Shown one piece after another: positions 16,050 through 16,909 of a stretch of 16,909 nt of DNA. A program made the translations under genes and the position numbers. This stretch comes from Candidatus Zixiibacteriota bacterium. GTDB lineage: Bacteria > Zixibacteria > MSB-5A5 > WJJR01. Position 1 is the first letter of the stretch. Each line of letters begins with the position of its first letter. The stretch is taken from assembly GCA_036170655.1 (NCBI GenBank), contig JAVHPP010000033.1, positions 1-16,909 on the forward strand, written 5' to 3'. The notes under the pieces were generated by a model. It worked only from the letters and a program-made list of their open reading frames with translations. It was not told the DNA's origin and did not search any database.

Positions 16050-16891
16050 GCGCAGGGATCCGCGTGAAACCCGTAAGGCATCATAACAACGCTTCCTCCG
16101 AGCCTGAGACGGCGCTCATCTCTGCCGTCATGGTTGCCCGGGATGCGGCGTCGACAGTTGGGGAGACGCTCCGATCCATCCAATTCTGCCGTGAGATCAT
16201 TGTCGTCGTTGACGACCAGTCATCAGACGACACGGAGGCAATAGCCCGTCGCTTCGGCGCTCGTGTCGAGATCCGTCCGTGGAGCGGATACGGGTTGGCA
16301 AAACAGGCAGCCGCCGAGATGGCGACTCAGCCCTGGGTCTTCTCCATCGATGCGGACGAAACCGTTTCTCCTGAACTGGCGGGGTCCATGATGGACGTCG
16401 TGACCCGTGCTGACAGCGCCCCGGTCACCTATCAAGTGCGTCGGCGTACTCGCTTCCTCGGTCGCTGGATGCGTCATGGAGACTGGGGCCGCGACCGTGT
16501 CGTGCGCCTGTTCCGTCGCGGCGCCGCATCCTTCACTCCCGACATCATCCACGAGTCGGTCTATGCGACCGGGCAGAAGCCGATTCTCGGGGGCTGGCTC
16601 TATCACGAAGGCGACCAGACGTTGGATTCCTACTTGGCCCGCCTCAACCGCTACACGACGCTGGCCGCGTCTTCGCTCCATGCGAAGGGCAGACGCGCGG
16701 GCATCTTTTCCATGCTCGCGCGGCCACCCTTCAAGTTCATTCAGGCCTATTTCTTGCGGCTTGGCTTCCTCGATGGCTGGCAGGGGTTTGTCCTCGCCTG
16801 GTTTTCGAGCGTGTACGTCTTCGCCAAGTACGCCAAGCTGTCACACCTCTCGCGGCAGCGGCATCTTGACCCATACCCGCGTATCCGATAG
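16046..16891 (+). CDS. Glycosyltransferase family 2, WaaE/KdtX-like LPS core glucosyltransferase
   Basis: EIIVVVDDQSSDDT..IA, W.GYG..KQ.A, WVFSIDADE, RLFRR, IHE, LNRYT and YFLRLGFLDG..GF. Confidence 0.88.
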   Translation: MSAGIRVKPVRHHNNASSEPETALISAVMVARDAASTVGETLRSIQFCREIIVVVDDQSSDDTEAIARRFGARVEIRPWSGYGLAKQAAAEMATQPWVFSIDADETVSPELAGSMMDVVTRADSAPVTYQVRRRTRFLGRWMRHGDWGRDRVVRLFRRGAASFTPDIIHESVYATGQKPILGGWLYHEGDQTLDSYLARLNRYTTLAASSLHAKGRRAGIFSMLARPPFKFIQAYFLRLGFLDGWQGFVLAWFSSVYVFAKYAKLSHLSRQRHLDPYPRIR

Positions 16892-16909
16892 ATTGAGACA
16901 TCCCACGAT

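Overview
GC-rich bacterial chromosomal window from a diderm, LPS-producing organism. The SprA homolog and gene content suggest a non-Bacteroidetes relative of the FCB group such as Zixibacteria; this is inference. All credible genes are on the + strand: recG (3' part), a repeat-dense intergenic region, DUF1844, murB, a 2066-aa SprA/T9SS-translocon-like beta-barrel, an M28 lipoprotein resembling type II glutaminyl cyclases, a ComEA-like HhH protein, rsmD, coaD, a GT9 heptosyltransferase-like protein, an MsbA-like ABC exporter, a GT4 and a GT2. Most of the window is ordinary housekeeping and envelope biogenesis. Four things stand out. (i) At 651-982 there are three different palindrome families, including a 137-bp MITE with TIRs and a perfect 6-bp target duplication that carries an internal dRS3/RPE-like pair. 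(ii) sprA, the glutaminyl cyclase-like gene and comEA form an apparently co-transcribed block with no other T9SS genes in the window. (iii) The sprA leader is structured, with a GNRA hairpin over the ribosome-binding site and an orphan strong SD. (iv) The GT9 has Asn in place of the usual catalytic Asp. No rRNA, tRNA, CRISPR array or transposase gene was seen.
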